From Candidatus Marinacidobacterales bacterium (GTDB lineage Bacteria; Acidobacteriota; Vicinamibacteria; Marinacidobacterales; SMYC01): a stretch of 64,000 nt of DNA. The stretch is from contig CBDCYI010000004.1 of NCBI GenBank assembly GCA_965224085.1, forward strand, positions 1,152,001 to 1,216,000, written 5' to 3'. A program made the translations under genes and the position numbers. Under the pieces are notes generated by a model, which searched no databases, was not told where the DNA came from, and worked only from the letters and a program-made list of their open reading frames with translations. This document shows, piece by piece, positions 48,549-58,709 of the stretch. The number at the start of each line of letters is the position of its first letter. Positions within the stretch are counted from its first letter, which is position 1.

Positions 48549-48678
48549 GAGCCTACCTCTTTTCGGGATCGATCCTGTTTCTACGATTCGCTCGTATTCT
48601 ACTGACAATTCCCGCTTCGTTCTCACCTGCGAAAACGAACTTGACAAAGCCGGCTCGAATCAGCCAAAACCCGTGTTC

Positions 48679-50304
48679 ATGACGAACCTTCGACGGCTCC
48701 GACTCATACTGCCCATACTCCTGAGCGTCTGCGCTGGCTTGTCCTGGGCGGACGACTACCCCAGGACGCCGGGCCTCGACGTACTCCATTACACCTTTCG
48801 GCTCGAGCTGAGCGATGCGACGGACGAGATCATCGGCGAGACCACCGTGGTGGTCCGTTTTGTTTCCGAAGGTGGGACGGACTTCCATCTCGATCTGATC
48901 GGCAAGAAGGAAATCACTGGGATGACGGTGAGCGCCATTTCAGAGGATGGCGAGCCCGCCACTTTTACCCACGAGGACGACAGGATTCACATCTCGCCGC
49001 TCTCGCCGGGAAAAGCGGGGGAGCGGCGAAGCTACACGATCCGCTATCATGGCGTTGCTGCCGATGGACTTGTCATTGCCAACAACAAACACGGCGAGAG
49101 AACGTTCTCGGCCGATAACTGGCCCAACAAAACGCATCACTGGCTTCCCACCCTCGACCACCCTTATGACAAAGCGACCTGCGAGTTCGTGATCGCGGCT
49201 CCCGATCACTATCAGGTCGTCGCCAACGGCCTGAAACTCGAAGAGACGAACCTTGCTGCCGATCGTCGCCGAACGCACTGGAAGCAATCCGTTCCCATCG
49301 CTACTTGGCTCATGGTCATCTCCGTCGCTCGATACGCGGTCCAGTACGTGGGTGACTACCAGGGTACGTCGATACAGACCTGGGTCTTTCCTCGAGATCG
49401 GGATGCGGGGTTCTACGATTTCGCGCGGGCCAAAAGGCCGCTCGCGTTCTTCAGCTCCTACATCGGACCCTACTCTTATGAGAAGCTGGCGAACGTACAG
49501 GTAACGGCTCCGGTGGGTGCGACGGAGGCGGCCACGTCCATCTTCTATCAGCAAGAATTTGTCACCGGCGATCGCGAGCGAGAAAACACCATTACTCATG
49601 AGATCGCCCACCACTGGTTTGGAAACGCCGTCACCGAAGACGACTGGGATCATGTATGGCTGAGCGAGGGGTTTGCGACCTACTTCACCCTTCTTTTCAT
49701 CGAATATGCCTATGGGAGAGACCGCTTCGTCGAGGGACTAAAGCGAAGTCGCGAAAGGGTCTTCGAGTTCTACAAGGACAACCCCGACTACCACATCGTC
49801 CATGACAATCTCACCGACATGTCGAAGGTGACCACCCGCAACACGTACCAGAAGGGGGCCTGGGTTCTCCACATGCTTCGGGGCCTCATGGGAGACGAGA
49901 GTTTCTGGGCCGGGATCCGCGAGTACTATCGAAGATTCCGCGACACAAACGCCTCCACCCAGGACTTCCGGCACGTCATGGAAGAGTTTTCTGGAGAAGA
50001 CCTGTCATGGTTCTTTCATCAGTGGCTCTATCAGGGAGGGAAACTCGAGTACCGGGGCCGATGGAGCTACGATGGAGAACAAAAACAGCTCGAGCTGGAG
50101 CTCGACCAGGTACAGACAGACGGCACAACCTTTCGCATGCCGGTCGAGATCGGCATCTATGGAGCCGGAGAGCCGCAGATCGAACGACTCCAGGTCGACG
50201 AAAGAAAAACCCGATTCACGATCGCGCTGGAGGAGCCGCCCACCACCGTTGTGCTCGATCCCAACAGCTGGGTCCTCATGGAATCGGAGCTCGCAAGAAG
50301 GTAG
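48679..50304 (+). CDS. M1 family aminopeptidase
   Basis: GATE, HEIAHHWFGN...WLSEGFATY, YQKG. Confidence 0.93.
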   Translation: MTNLRRLRLILPILLSVCAGLSWADDYPRTPGLDVLHYTFRLELSDATDEIIGETTVVVRFVSEGGTDFHLDLIGKKEITGMTVSAISEDGEPATFTHEDDRIHISPLSPGKAGERRSYTIRYHGVAADGLVIANNKHGERTFSADNWPNKTHHWLPTLDHPYDKATCEFVIAAPDHYQVVANGLKLEETNLAADRRRTHWKQSVPIATWLMVISVARYAVQYVGDYQGTSIQTWVFPRDRDAGFYDFARAKRPLAFFSSYIGPYSYEKLANVQVTAPVGATEAATSIFYQQEFVTGDRERENTITHEIAHHWFGNAVTEDDWDHVWLSEGFATYFTLLFIEYAYGRDRFVEGLKRSRERVFEFYKDNPDYHIVHDNLTDMSKVTTRNTYQKGAWVLHMLRGLMGDESFWAGIREYYRRFRDTNASTQDFRHVMEEFSGEDLSWFFHQWLYQGGKLEYRGRWSYDGEQKQLELELDQVQTDGTTFRMPVEIGIYGAGEPQIERLQVDERKTRFTIALEEPPTTVVLDPNSWVLMESELARR

Positions 50305-50359
50305 TGGATGTTACTCGGCCCGGACCTGTGTCGAACGTTCGCTCTCCGTCCTCCACAGT

Positions 50360-50920
50360 CTTCGTGCGAGAAGCACCGGTGCGTGGCTGCAGCGTCGTCG
50401 CGGCCATCTGCGACGAGATGGCGTTCTGGTGGGACGAGTCGAGTGCGAATCCTGACGTGGAGATTCTGAACGGGCTCCGTCCCTCGATGGCGACGGTACC
50501 GGACTCTCTCTTGTTGTGCATTTCGAGCCCGTACGCGCGGAGAGGCGAGCTTTACAAGAGCTATCGGGAGCACTTCGGCAAGGAACGAGATCCGGTGTTG
50601 GTATGGCAGGCGGCCACGACCAGCATGAACCCGACGCTTCCGGCGCACGTGATCGAGGAGGCGACCCATCGAGCGCCAGCGCGTAGTACGGTGCAGCGTT
50701 CAGAACGGACGTGGAAACCTTCGTCTCGGTCGAGGCCTTGGAAGCGTGCATGGTGCCGGGCGGTGCAGTGCTGCCTCCGGTGCAGGGTGTGAGCTACATC
50801 GCCTTCACCGATCCGAGCGGCGGCTCTCAAGATTCGTTCACGCTCGCGCTTGCGCACCAAGAGGGCGAGGGAGCGGTGCTCGACCTGGTGTTGGAAAGAC
50901 GGCCTCCGTTTTCGCCTATG
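50360..50920 (+). pseudogene. phage terminase large subunit fragment, frameshifted
   Basis: Walker B-like AAICDEMAFW, ISSP coupling motif, nuclease AFTDPSGGSQD. Confidence 0.75.
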
Positions 50921-51087
50921 GTAGTCAACGAGGACTCGATTGTCTCCTCGCGAAAACGCGTGATCGCGTTTATAGAAGGGACAGGTATCCACCGTCGAGT
51001 GAGTCACCCGGGCTTCCAATTTTTCCTGGAGCGCCAACGCGGAGGCCCGTCACGAATCAGTCACCCGTCGTCAAGAATCTCTATTCT

Positions 51088-52076
51088 TCAACGCCGTTGA
51101 GACAATTCGACCGCAGACTTCGGAGTTGTTCTGCTAGCAGCCAGGACCTGCTCCGTTCTCATCTCGACGACGGACCGCAGAGCTTTGGCTTGCGCCCTAG
51201 TAATGTGCAAGCCCAACGGTCTGAAGTCCGTGAGAGCATCCCGAGACAGCTTTTGTTTCAGAATTCCGGTCTCGCTGTGACTAGGGCCGAGAAGACAATG
51301 GGCAAGCTCGTGGGCGAGGACGCGGCCGATGGCCCGAGCCACGACACGGGGCGTCAAGCCGTTCCATTTCCACAAGCCCCATCCCGAGCTCGTTGCCGCC
51401 TCTTCCACCGAGTTCCTTGAAATGTGAATGGTCTCCACTCGGAACTCACCGGCCTGACTCCAGAAGGTATAGCCCATGACGCGGCGCTCAGCGACATTCA
51501 ACTCGAGCTTCGACAGCAGGCTCGGCAAGAACTCGCGGAAAATGTAGACGTGGACGATCCCCCTCTCGCCAAGGAGGGGCGAACACTTTGGGAACCATCA
51601 GAGTTGAACCTGCAGCCGATTGTTCTCGCCAGCGCGGGTTTATGAGGTCGCTCCAAACGTCTCGCCCACGGTCAAGAAAGACGCTGCACAGACGAACAAC
51701 GCCGGAAATGTCGCGAGGCCATCCAGTGTTCTTCTGCTCGTCCTCAACCACTGCTCGAAAGTGCGCTGTTTTAGTCCAGCCCGTCTCATGATATAGCTCC
51801 TCTCACCGGCTTTTGGTGTTTCTTGAAAGAGCGCGTCACCAAGAACTCCGATCGATCAGGTCATTCACCGTCAGAACGGGCTTCAGAATTCCATCTTCGG
51901 TGTGGCCCGACAGCAGGAATCGATGTGCGAGCTCGTGCGCCAGGACAATCGACGAGGTAGACGTGAAGCTCGGCTCGAATTTCCGGGTCGACCTCAGTAG
52001 GGGCGGTGGCCCATCCTTCCCAAGCCAGGAGAAGCAAAAGAGGAAAGTACCAAAGATTTTTGCCCGCCGTGGCCAT
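51088..52076 (-). pseudogene. fragmented secreted HEXXH-motif protein(s)
   Basis: GRVLAHELAHCLLGPSHSETGILK (~51270) and VLAHELAHRFLLSGHTEDGILK (~51900); signal peptide at 52076. Confidence 0.6.
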
Positions 52077-52279
52077 CGTGGCCTCCCTTCCGAAGGTCCT
52101 CCGGCCTTCTTCGGGCAGCCTAGGCGTTCCCGAACGGCGACTGAATGTTCGCGGGCTGATCCGTCGGTTGTTTGTTCTGATCGAAGATGATCGATCTAAT
52201 TCGTCAGAAGTGAGGGATTTGTACGGAGTGATCGGTTGGGGATTTCGCTATAATCTGCTCAGTCACGGGAGGGCTTGCT

Positions 52280-52447
52280 GTGACGCTCCGTTTCGACGGG
52301 TTCACCCTGGATCCGGAGACAGGTGAGCTGCGGAAGGACGGAGAGCTCGTCAAGCTCAAGCCGGCGCAGGTGCTGGCGCTCTTGGCCAGCCAAGCCGGCA
52401 GCCTCGTCACGCGGGAAGAGATCCAGAAGGAGTTCTGGCCGGCGTGA
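52280..52447 (+). pseudogene. CadC/OmpR-type winged-helix regulator N-terminal fragment
   Basis: LRFDGFTLDPETGELRKDGELVKLKPAQVLALLASQAGSLVTREEIQ; close paralog of 54885 N-terminus. Confidence 0.8.
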
Positions 52448-52545
52448 CGGTTTGGCCTCAGGACAACGAAGGGCTCGAACGCCTCTGCCGGTACCTACTT
52501 CGCTGCCCCCTTAGCCTGTCTCGCATTCATTGGACACCGGGCTCC
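52444..52545 (+). mobile_element. IS91-like transposase fragment
   Basis: DNEGLERLCRYLLRCPLSLSRI. Confidence 0.55.
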
Positions 52546-52862
52546 TATCCTTCGCTCAGTGTGTCGAGAACTACCCACCCACCGCGGTTTCTCAAAGAAA
52601 CACGGATGCTACTAGCTCCCGAGCAGCGTAGTCCCCGGGACACGGCGTTGGATGGGTCGAGCGTCCGGCTGAGAAAGAGTCGCCGGTCGACCGCTCCGGG
52701 TTAATGCGGTAGATGTTCCAGCATTTCTCCCGTGATGGTGATGAGAACAAGCGTGAGGGTGCGGCGCGGGGGGGCCCGCATGCAACCTACCATGCGGATT
52801 GCCTCCCCGCACGGTACCGTATACGCTACACACTCGTCCCTCACCTTCCGGACTTGCGCCGG

Positions 52863-54885
52863 TCAGCGTCTCGCTGGTACGCGACGTTTGAGCTCTTCGT
52901 CGAAATTCTGAACGAGAACTAGCTCAGTGGGCGCGGGGTTGGAGAGGATCTTTTCGACGACTGCGAAACTCTGGCCGTCTGGTGATACGTCGAAAACTTG
53001 CCGGAGGCCGGGCTCTCCGAAAGATTTCTCGAAGACGAGCTTCGGCGCCCCGGGGTCGAGCTTCCCGTTTGTCGCGACTTCGACGGACATCAGCTCTTTC
53101 CCGCTAGAGTAGAAGAGCTCTCGCCCGTCGCGACTCCATCTCGGAGCCCAACCCCCGTTGGCGGAGATGCGCCACTTCTTTCCAGGTCCGGGATAGGGAC
53201 GCACGTAGATCTCGAAACGGCCCGTTTCGTCAGACTCATAAGCGATGTGTCGTCCATCGGGAGAGAATTCCGGGAACCACTCGTTGAACTCGGTCGACAA
53301 GAACGGCTGAACGACGTATTCGCCTTCATTTGAGATCAAGGCAAGGTCCCAGCCCCGATTCGGCTCGAGAATATGCAGCGCCCAGAGCTTCCCATCGGGG
53401 GACGGGCTGGCGAGACGGAACATCCGATCCATGTCACCGATCGCTTCGACCTCGCCCCCGCCATCGGCCGGCGTCCGATAGGGCTTCCAGACGCCCGAAC
53501 GAGTCGATACAAAGTGGAGGTGTCTCCCATCGTGGGTCCAGACAGGCAGCTGGTTGTCCCATACAAACGTAAAAGGGTTCATCGTGCCGCGGTCGAGGTC
53601 TCGGACCCACACCTGCGTGCTCAGACCACCGGCCGTGAACGCGAGTCGACGGCCATCCGGCGAGAAACGCGGGTCGCGAACGAAGTCGAGGGTCGAAGGG
53701 TACGGCGAGCAGCCCCCCTCCTCGCGCGTAGACGAGATGCCCCGATGGGCTGTAGCGCGCGAACCGGCCCCCTTCCAGGACCACCCGGTACTCGCCGGTC
53801 TCCAGTGAAAGGACGGCGATGGAAGCTTCGCCCCAGGATTCGGTGTCTGCCATCGCCATCGTGAGCAGAAGCGTCTTTCCGCCCGGTAGCATCTGGGGGA
53901 AGCGGTGGCTTTCCTCTAGCCGCTCACGTTTCGGGACGGTGAGAGGCTCCGCTGCCCCTTCTTCGAGCCAGACTTGCGAAAGCCCCCCAGCGAAGAGTCG
54001 AGTACCCAGTACAATCCTGCCATCCGGTCCCCAACTTCCCCCGCGGTGGGCACCCGCCAAATCAGCGATCGTGACCGGCGCCCCGCCGCTGACGGCAACC
54101 TTCTTCAACACGCGACCCGTGCCGATGGAAGTCACACTCGCGTAATAGGCCAGCCATTGACTGTCGTGAGAGAAGAACGGCTGGCGGGCACCCTCGCCAT
54201 CAATGGCGCGAGCCTCCAGCTGACCAGAGGCGCGTAAGTAGAGCTGGCTCGCGTCGCCGTCTCGAGCAACGTAGGCGATGTATCGACCGTCCGGCGAGAT
54301 CGCCATGCTCGTGTCGTCGCCATCGAGCGCAAGGCTGCTGCCGGGCACGAGTGGAATCACCGCGCGCGTGACGGCGCGCGCGGGCGGCGCATCGGATCTC
54401 CGGAGTGCCAGAAATATCGCGAGGAGGCTCAGTAGCACAGCCAGCGGGATCCACATGAAAGGTTTTCGTCCGACGTCACGGCCCGGCCAGCCCGCGCTCG
54501 ATGCGTGGGACGGAGTTGTCGTTGTTGTGTCGGCGCCTTGGGCACCGCTTTGGCCTTCCTCTGCGGCCGCCTGACGAGACGTCCGGTTGACGAACCGATA
54601 GCCCTTGCGAGCCAGCGTCTGGACGTAGCGCGGGCTCCCCGCATTATCCTCGAGCGCGATGCGAATCTGGCGGATGCACGAGTTGATGCCGAGATCGAAG
54701 TCGACATAGGTGTCGTCCTGCCAGAGCGCCCTCTGAATCTCTTCTCTGGTGATGACCTCGCCGGGACGACTGGCCAGCAGCGCAAGAACCTGCGCCGGCT
54801 GCGGCTTCAACTTGACGAGGTCCCCGCCCTTGCGGAACTCCCTCGTCTCCGCGTCCAGGGTGTAGTCGTCGAAACGGAGCATCAC
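52863..54885 (-). pseudogene. CadC-type wHTH-TM-TolB/PD40 propeller protein with internal deletion and frameshift near 53690
   Basis: wHTH (RYVQTLARKGYRF), TM, ISPDG repeats split across ORFs 53434-54885 and 52863-53612. Confidence 0.85.
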
Positions 54886-55140
54886 TGCCAGCTCCTCCTG
54901 CTCAAGTGAATTATAGTCGAGACCAGATGGCCGGCTCGACCAGCTGATTCACCATTTCAGCGTGTCTCGCACCGTTGGACACGGATGGTGCCCCAGGTGG
55001 GGCGAGGGTACTTAGCTGGGCTCTTTGGAAGGCGAAATAGAACGAACTGCCAGCCGGGACACTAACTGACACTCGACCGTCGAGCTTCATATGACGGCAA
55101 AAGCTTGCAAATACTTGCACGGTAAGCTACACTGATAATC

Positions 55141-55341
55141 ATGGCGTCGATCACGCACCGCATCGATGAAGAGCTGAAGGAGCTCTTGGACCGCTTCTGC
55201 GACGAGCACGGCCTCAAAGCGCAAGCCGTCGTTCAAGAGGCAATCGCACAGTGGCTCGAGGACGCCGAAGATTTGGCGTTGGTCGAAGAGCGCCGCCGCG
55301 GTCCGTGGGTCGAGTGGGACGAGGTTCGAGACGACATATAA
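55141..55341 (+). CDS. RHH/CopG-type antitoxin
   Basis: SITHRIDEELKELL...EAIAQWLEDAED; acidic C-terminus; overlaps toxin frame. Confidence 0.8.
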   Translation: MASITHRIDEELKELLDRFCDEHGLKAQAVVQEAIAQWLEDAEDLALVEERRRGPWVEWDEVRDDI

Positions 55342-55606
55342 AGTCGTTCTGCACGCGGCCGTCCCAAAAGAGCTTCGCAAACTCCCTACGAAAATTCGGA
55401 CGGGCGCGAAGGCTGCCATCGACGGCTTGAAAAAAGAGCCAATCCCACTAGGAGCGGGGCGACTACGAGGGCGCGCGAACGCGTATCGTATTCGAATCGG
55501 AAGCTATCGGATCGTCTATGAGGTGCACGCGACCGAAGTCGTCGTGTATGTTGTGGGAGTCGGGCACCGGCGCGAAGTCTATCGCCGAATTCTAGACCGC
55601 CGCTAG
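55331..55606 (+). CDS. relE: RelE/ParE family toxin with non-canonical (ACG) or lost start
   Basis: TYKVVLH...KELRKLP...RLRG..AYRIRIGSYRIVYEV...VGVGHRREVY; frame open for 91 codons. Confidence 0.85.
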   Translation, partial: TTYKVVLHAAVPKELRKLPTKIRTGAKAAIDGLKKEPIPLGAGRLRGRANAYRIRIGSYRIVYEVHATEVVVYVVGVGHRREVYRRILDRR

Positions 55607-55624
55607 GGCAAACTCCGCCGCGCC

Positions 55625-56493
55625 ATGCTCCGTGTTCTCATCTTCCTCGTCTCTCTCGGAACCCGTGCGATCCGGGCGATGTGTCGTCGCCGAGCCGGCC
55701 TCCCCTCGAGGACGCGGACCGCGCGTTCTGGGTGGCGCTCCGCCAATCCTGGCCCGGGTGGGCTAGTCGCTTGGTCATCGTCAACGCGGACACGGTCGCG
55801 CGGTGGAATCGGGATCAATTCCGACGATACTGGGCAAAGATCTCGCGGAGACGTTATCCGGGACGACCTCGAGTGGATGGCGAGATTCGCCGGCTCATCC
55901 GGACCATGGCTCAGGATGGCTGGGGCGCACCGCGTATCCACGCGGAGCTCACGAAGCTCGGATTCATCGTGTCCGAGATGACGGTGTCGCGATACTTGCC
56001 GCGGCGCCCAGCCGAGCCCGACCAAGTGAAGCGATGGATAGCGTTCTTGCGCAACCACAAGGACGACATTGCTGCGATGGATCTGTTCACGGTGCCGACG
56101 GCGTCGCTTCGGCTGCTGTACGGCTTCTTCGTCATCGAGCACGGCCGTCGGCATATCGTTCACTTCAACGCCACGTTCCATCCGACGTCCGCTTGGGTGA
56201 TGCAGCAACTGCGTGAGGCGTTTCCCTACGACACGGCGCCGAGATGCCTCATCTTTGACGGCGACGCGATCTTCAGCCCGGCGGTCGTCAAGTTCATAAG
56301 GGCCATGGGCACAAAGCCTATTCACCTCGTATCGCAGCCCTTGGCAAAACGGAACCGCCGAGCGCTAGATCGGCAGCTGTCGGCGCGAGCTCCTCGAGCA
56401 CGTCGTAGTTCTGGGCAAGCGCCATCTCGTCCGACTCGTGCGAGCTTACATCGCTTACTATCACGAGGACCGTTGCCATTTGGGCCTCGGTAA
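55625..56493 (+). mobile_element. integrase-core (IS3/IS481-like) transposase pseudogene
   Basis: PGRPR, WGAPRIHAEL, AMDLFTV, LIFDGD; frameshifts; cut after HLGLGK at 56493. Confidence 0.85.
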
Positions 56494-56520
56494 GGTACTT
56501 TCGAGTGAACGAACGATTTC

Positions 56521-56570
56521 GGTCACTCTCCGATGACCTCCGCCCACGCGGGCGGTGCCATTGCTGTCAA
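56521..56570 (-). mobile_element. diverged IS110 left-end fragment
   Basis: 44/50 identity to 56787-56836. Confidence 0.8.
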
Positions 56571-56786
56571 GTTTTCCACGGCCTGACGGCCACCCCGAAT
56601 GAATGAAACGCGGTAGTCTCTGGAGGTGGCACCGGCTCAACACGACGCCTGAGGGAGTTCGGTTTTGACGTCACTGCCCCCAAACGCTACACCCTGAGTT
56701 TCTTATTAGTTGGGAGCGCGGACCACCAGATATAGTCGTTGCTACACCTAACCTGACCACACAATATTGTGGTACCTCACCTCAAT

Positions 56787-57042
56787 TTGACAGCAATGGC
56801 ATCGCCCGGGCGGGCGAAGGTAATCGGAGACTGACCCTTTGAGATCTGTGGGAGGAAGTAGACTCCGATCGAGTGCAGCCGGGAGTCAAGGCCGAAGGTA
56901 CGATGGTGCTCAGTGCCCGTTTGACAGCAAGGTCTGGAGGGTTAGCGGGAGTATCCGTGGTGGCATGTCGCGAGGCATGACCCCGTTCGAAAGAATGTTT
57001 TGAATCGCCCCTCTCTCCTGGTTGCGCCGAAAGGAGCGAGAA
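56787..57042 (+). ncRNA. IS110 left non-coding end, bridge/seekRNA candidate
   Basis: 256 nt upstream of transposase, apparently identical in copy 2 (60516-60771); hairpins incl. CATGTC-GCGA-GGCATG, TTC-GAAA-GAA, GACTCC/GGAGTC. Confidence 0.65.
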
Positions 57043-58431
57043 ATGGCACGTCGCGTCAGGACAAAAAGCAGTCGTCAAGCAAGACGGAAAAAATTGGAGC
57101 ACGAGCTCGACACGGTAAATCTAGATGCTGCAGGGATTGATATTGGAGCGGAGTCAATCGTGGCGGCAGTCCCGAAGGGGCGCACTCCTGAGGGCGAACA
57201 TGTCCGCACGTTTCAGAGCTTTGTATGCTCGCTGCGAGAGCTGGCCAATTGGCTGAAGGCGTGCGGCGTGTGCACGGTGGCGATGGAGTCGACCGGAGTT
57301 TATTGGATTTCACTGTACGAGTTGTTGGAAGACGAGGGATTTGAAGTCTATCTGGTCGATGCTCGCAAAGTGAAAAACGTATCTGGGCGCAAGTCAGACG
57401 TGTCGGATGCGGAGTGGCTGCAACAGCTGCATACATTCGGGCTACTCCCAAAAACCTTTCGGCCGGAATCGGCGATTTGCGAGCTAAGGGCATACACCCG
57501 CCAACGAAGCTCGCTGGTGGAGTCAGCGGCTCGCCACATTCAGCATATGCACAAAGCGCTCAACCAAATGGGGCTCCAGCTACAACACGTCCTGCGCGAC
57601 GTGACCGGAGTCACCGGCCTTGCGATCATCCGAGCGATCTTGAGAGGAGAGCGAGATCCTCGTGACCTAGCAAAACTGAGGCATGAACGTTGCCACAACG
57701 ATGAGGCCACGATCGCGAAAGCCTTAGAAGGTAACTATCGGAGCGAGCATGTTTTCGCTCTTCAACAGTCGGTGGAGTTGTACGATTTCTATCAAGAGAA
57801 AATGGAAGACTGTGACAAGCGGATCGAGAGATGCCTGTCCAAATTGGAGACCCGGCCTCAGGACGCTCGGCCTAAGCCGAAACCACGGACACGGCGAGCG
57901 CGTAGCGGCAACGGGCCGCGCTTTCCGCTCGCTGAGTCTCTATTGGGACTCACGGGGGTGGACCTAACCAGGGTTCCCGGCTTAGGTAGCTATGCCGTTC
58001 TGCAGCTCGTAGGAGAAACCGGTTGCGACATGAGCCCGTGGAAAAGTGACAAGCACTTCACCTCATGGCTAGCTCTCGCACCGAATAATAAGGAGTCCGC
58101 TGGTCGAATCTTTCGCCGGGCCACCCCAATGAGCTCCAGTCGTGCTGCAAAACTCTTTCGCCTCGCCGCGTGCGCTGTCCGCAATACCCAAACCGCGCTC
58201 GGCGCTTTCTATCGACGAATCCGATCGCGACGAGGTGCTCCAAAGGCCATCACAGCTACCGCCCGTAAAATAGCGACCATCTACTTCCGCATGCTTGCGA
58301 CTGGAGAGGAGTTCATTGAGCTCGGTCAGGACGCCTATGAAAGGCAATACCAGCAACGCCTCCTGAGTAATCTCCGACGCAAAGCTACCCGACTCGGCTT
58401 CAGCCTCGTTCCCGATCAATCCATATCATGA
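57043..58431 (+). CDS. IS110 family transposase/recombinase (intact copy)
   Basis: GIDIG, AMESTGVYW, GRKSDVSDA (DEDD), PNNKESAG serine motif, KAITATARK; AAGGAG RBS. Confidence 0.95.
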   Translation: MARRVRTKSSRQARRKKLEHELDTVNLDAAGIDIGAESIVAAVPKGRTPEGEHVRTFQSFVCSLRELANWLKACGVCTVAMESTGVYWISLYELLEDEGFEVYLVDARKVKNVSGRKSDVSDAEWLQQLHTFGLLPKTFRPESAICELRAYTRQRSSLVESAARHIQHMHKALNQMGLQLQHVLRDVTGVTGLAIIRAILRGERDPRDLAKLRHERCHNDEATIAKALEGNYRSEHVFALQQSVELYDFYQEKMEDCDKRIERCLSKLETRPQDARPKPKPRTRRARSGNGPRFPLAESLLGLTGVDLTRVPGLGSYAVLQLVGETGCDMSPWKSDKHFTSWLALAPNNKESAGRIFRRATPMSSSRAAKLFRLAACAVRNTQTALGAFYRRIRSRRGAPKAITATARKIATIYFRMLATGEEFIELGQDAYERQYQQRLLSNLRRKATRLGFSLVPDQSIS

Positions 58432-58709
58432 AAAATGCCTTCGGCCGGGAGTGTCAGTCGAAAGTACCCAATGAACTCCTCTCCAGTCGCAAGCGTTGTG
58501 GCAACGTTCATGCCTCAGTTTTGCTAGGTCACGAGGATCTCGCTCTCCTCTCAAGATCGCTCGGATGATCGCAAGGCCGGTGACTCCGGTCACGTCGCGC
58601 AGGACGTGTTGTAGCTGGAGCCCCATTTGGTTGAGCGCTTTGTGCATATGCTGAATGTGGCGAGCCGCTGACTCCACCAGCGAGCTTCGTTGGCGGGTGT
58701 ATGCCCTTA

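Larger units (their letters stand above)
56494..58468. repeat. 15-bp inverted repeat pair enclosing the IS110 cluster
   Basis: GGTACTTTCGAGTGA at 56494-56508 and reverse complement GGTACTTTCGACTGA at 58454-58468; both coincide with breakpoints of neighbouring elements. Confidence 0.65.

Noticed and set aside
47394-48605. Long antisense/shadow ORFs (also 12139-13449, 41543-42724, 32026-33282, 18880-20244, 45-794 and others)
   Set aside because: They overlap well-supported genes and lack motifs; expected in high-GC DNA.
56787-56830. TTGACA at the IS110 left end as a sigma70 promoter
   Set aside because: No -10-like hexamer at 16-18 bp spacing (GCGGGC there).
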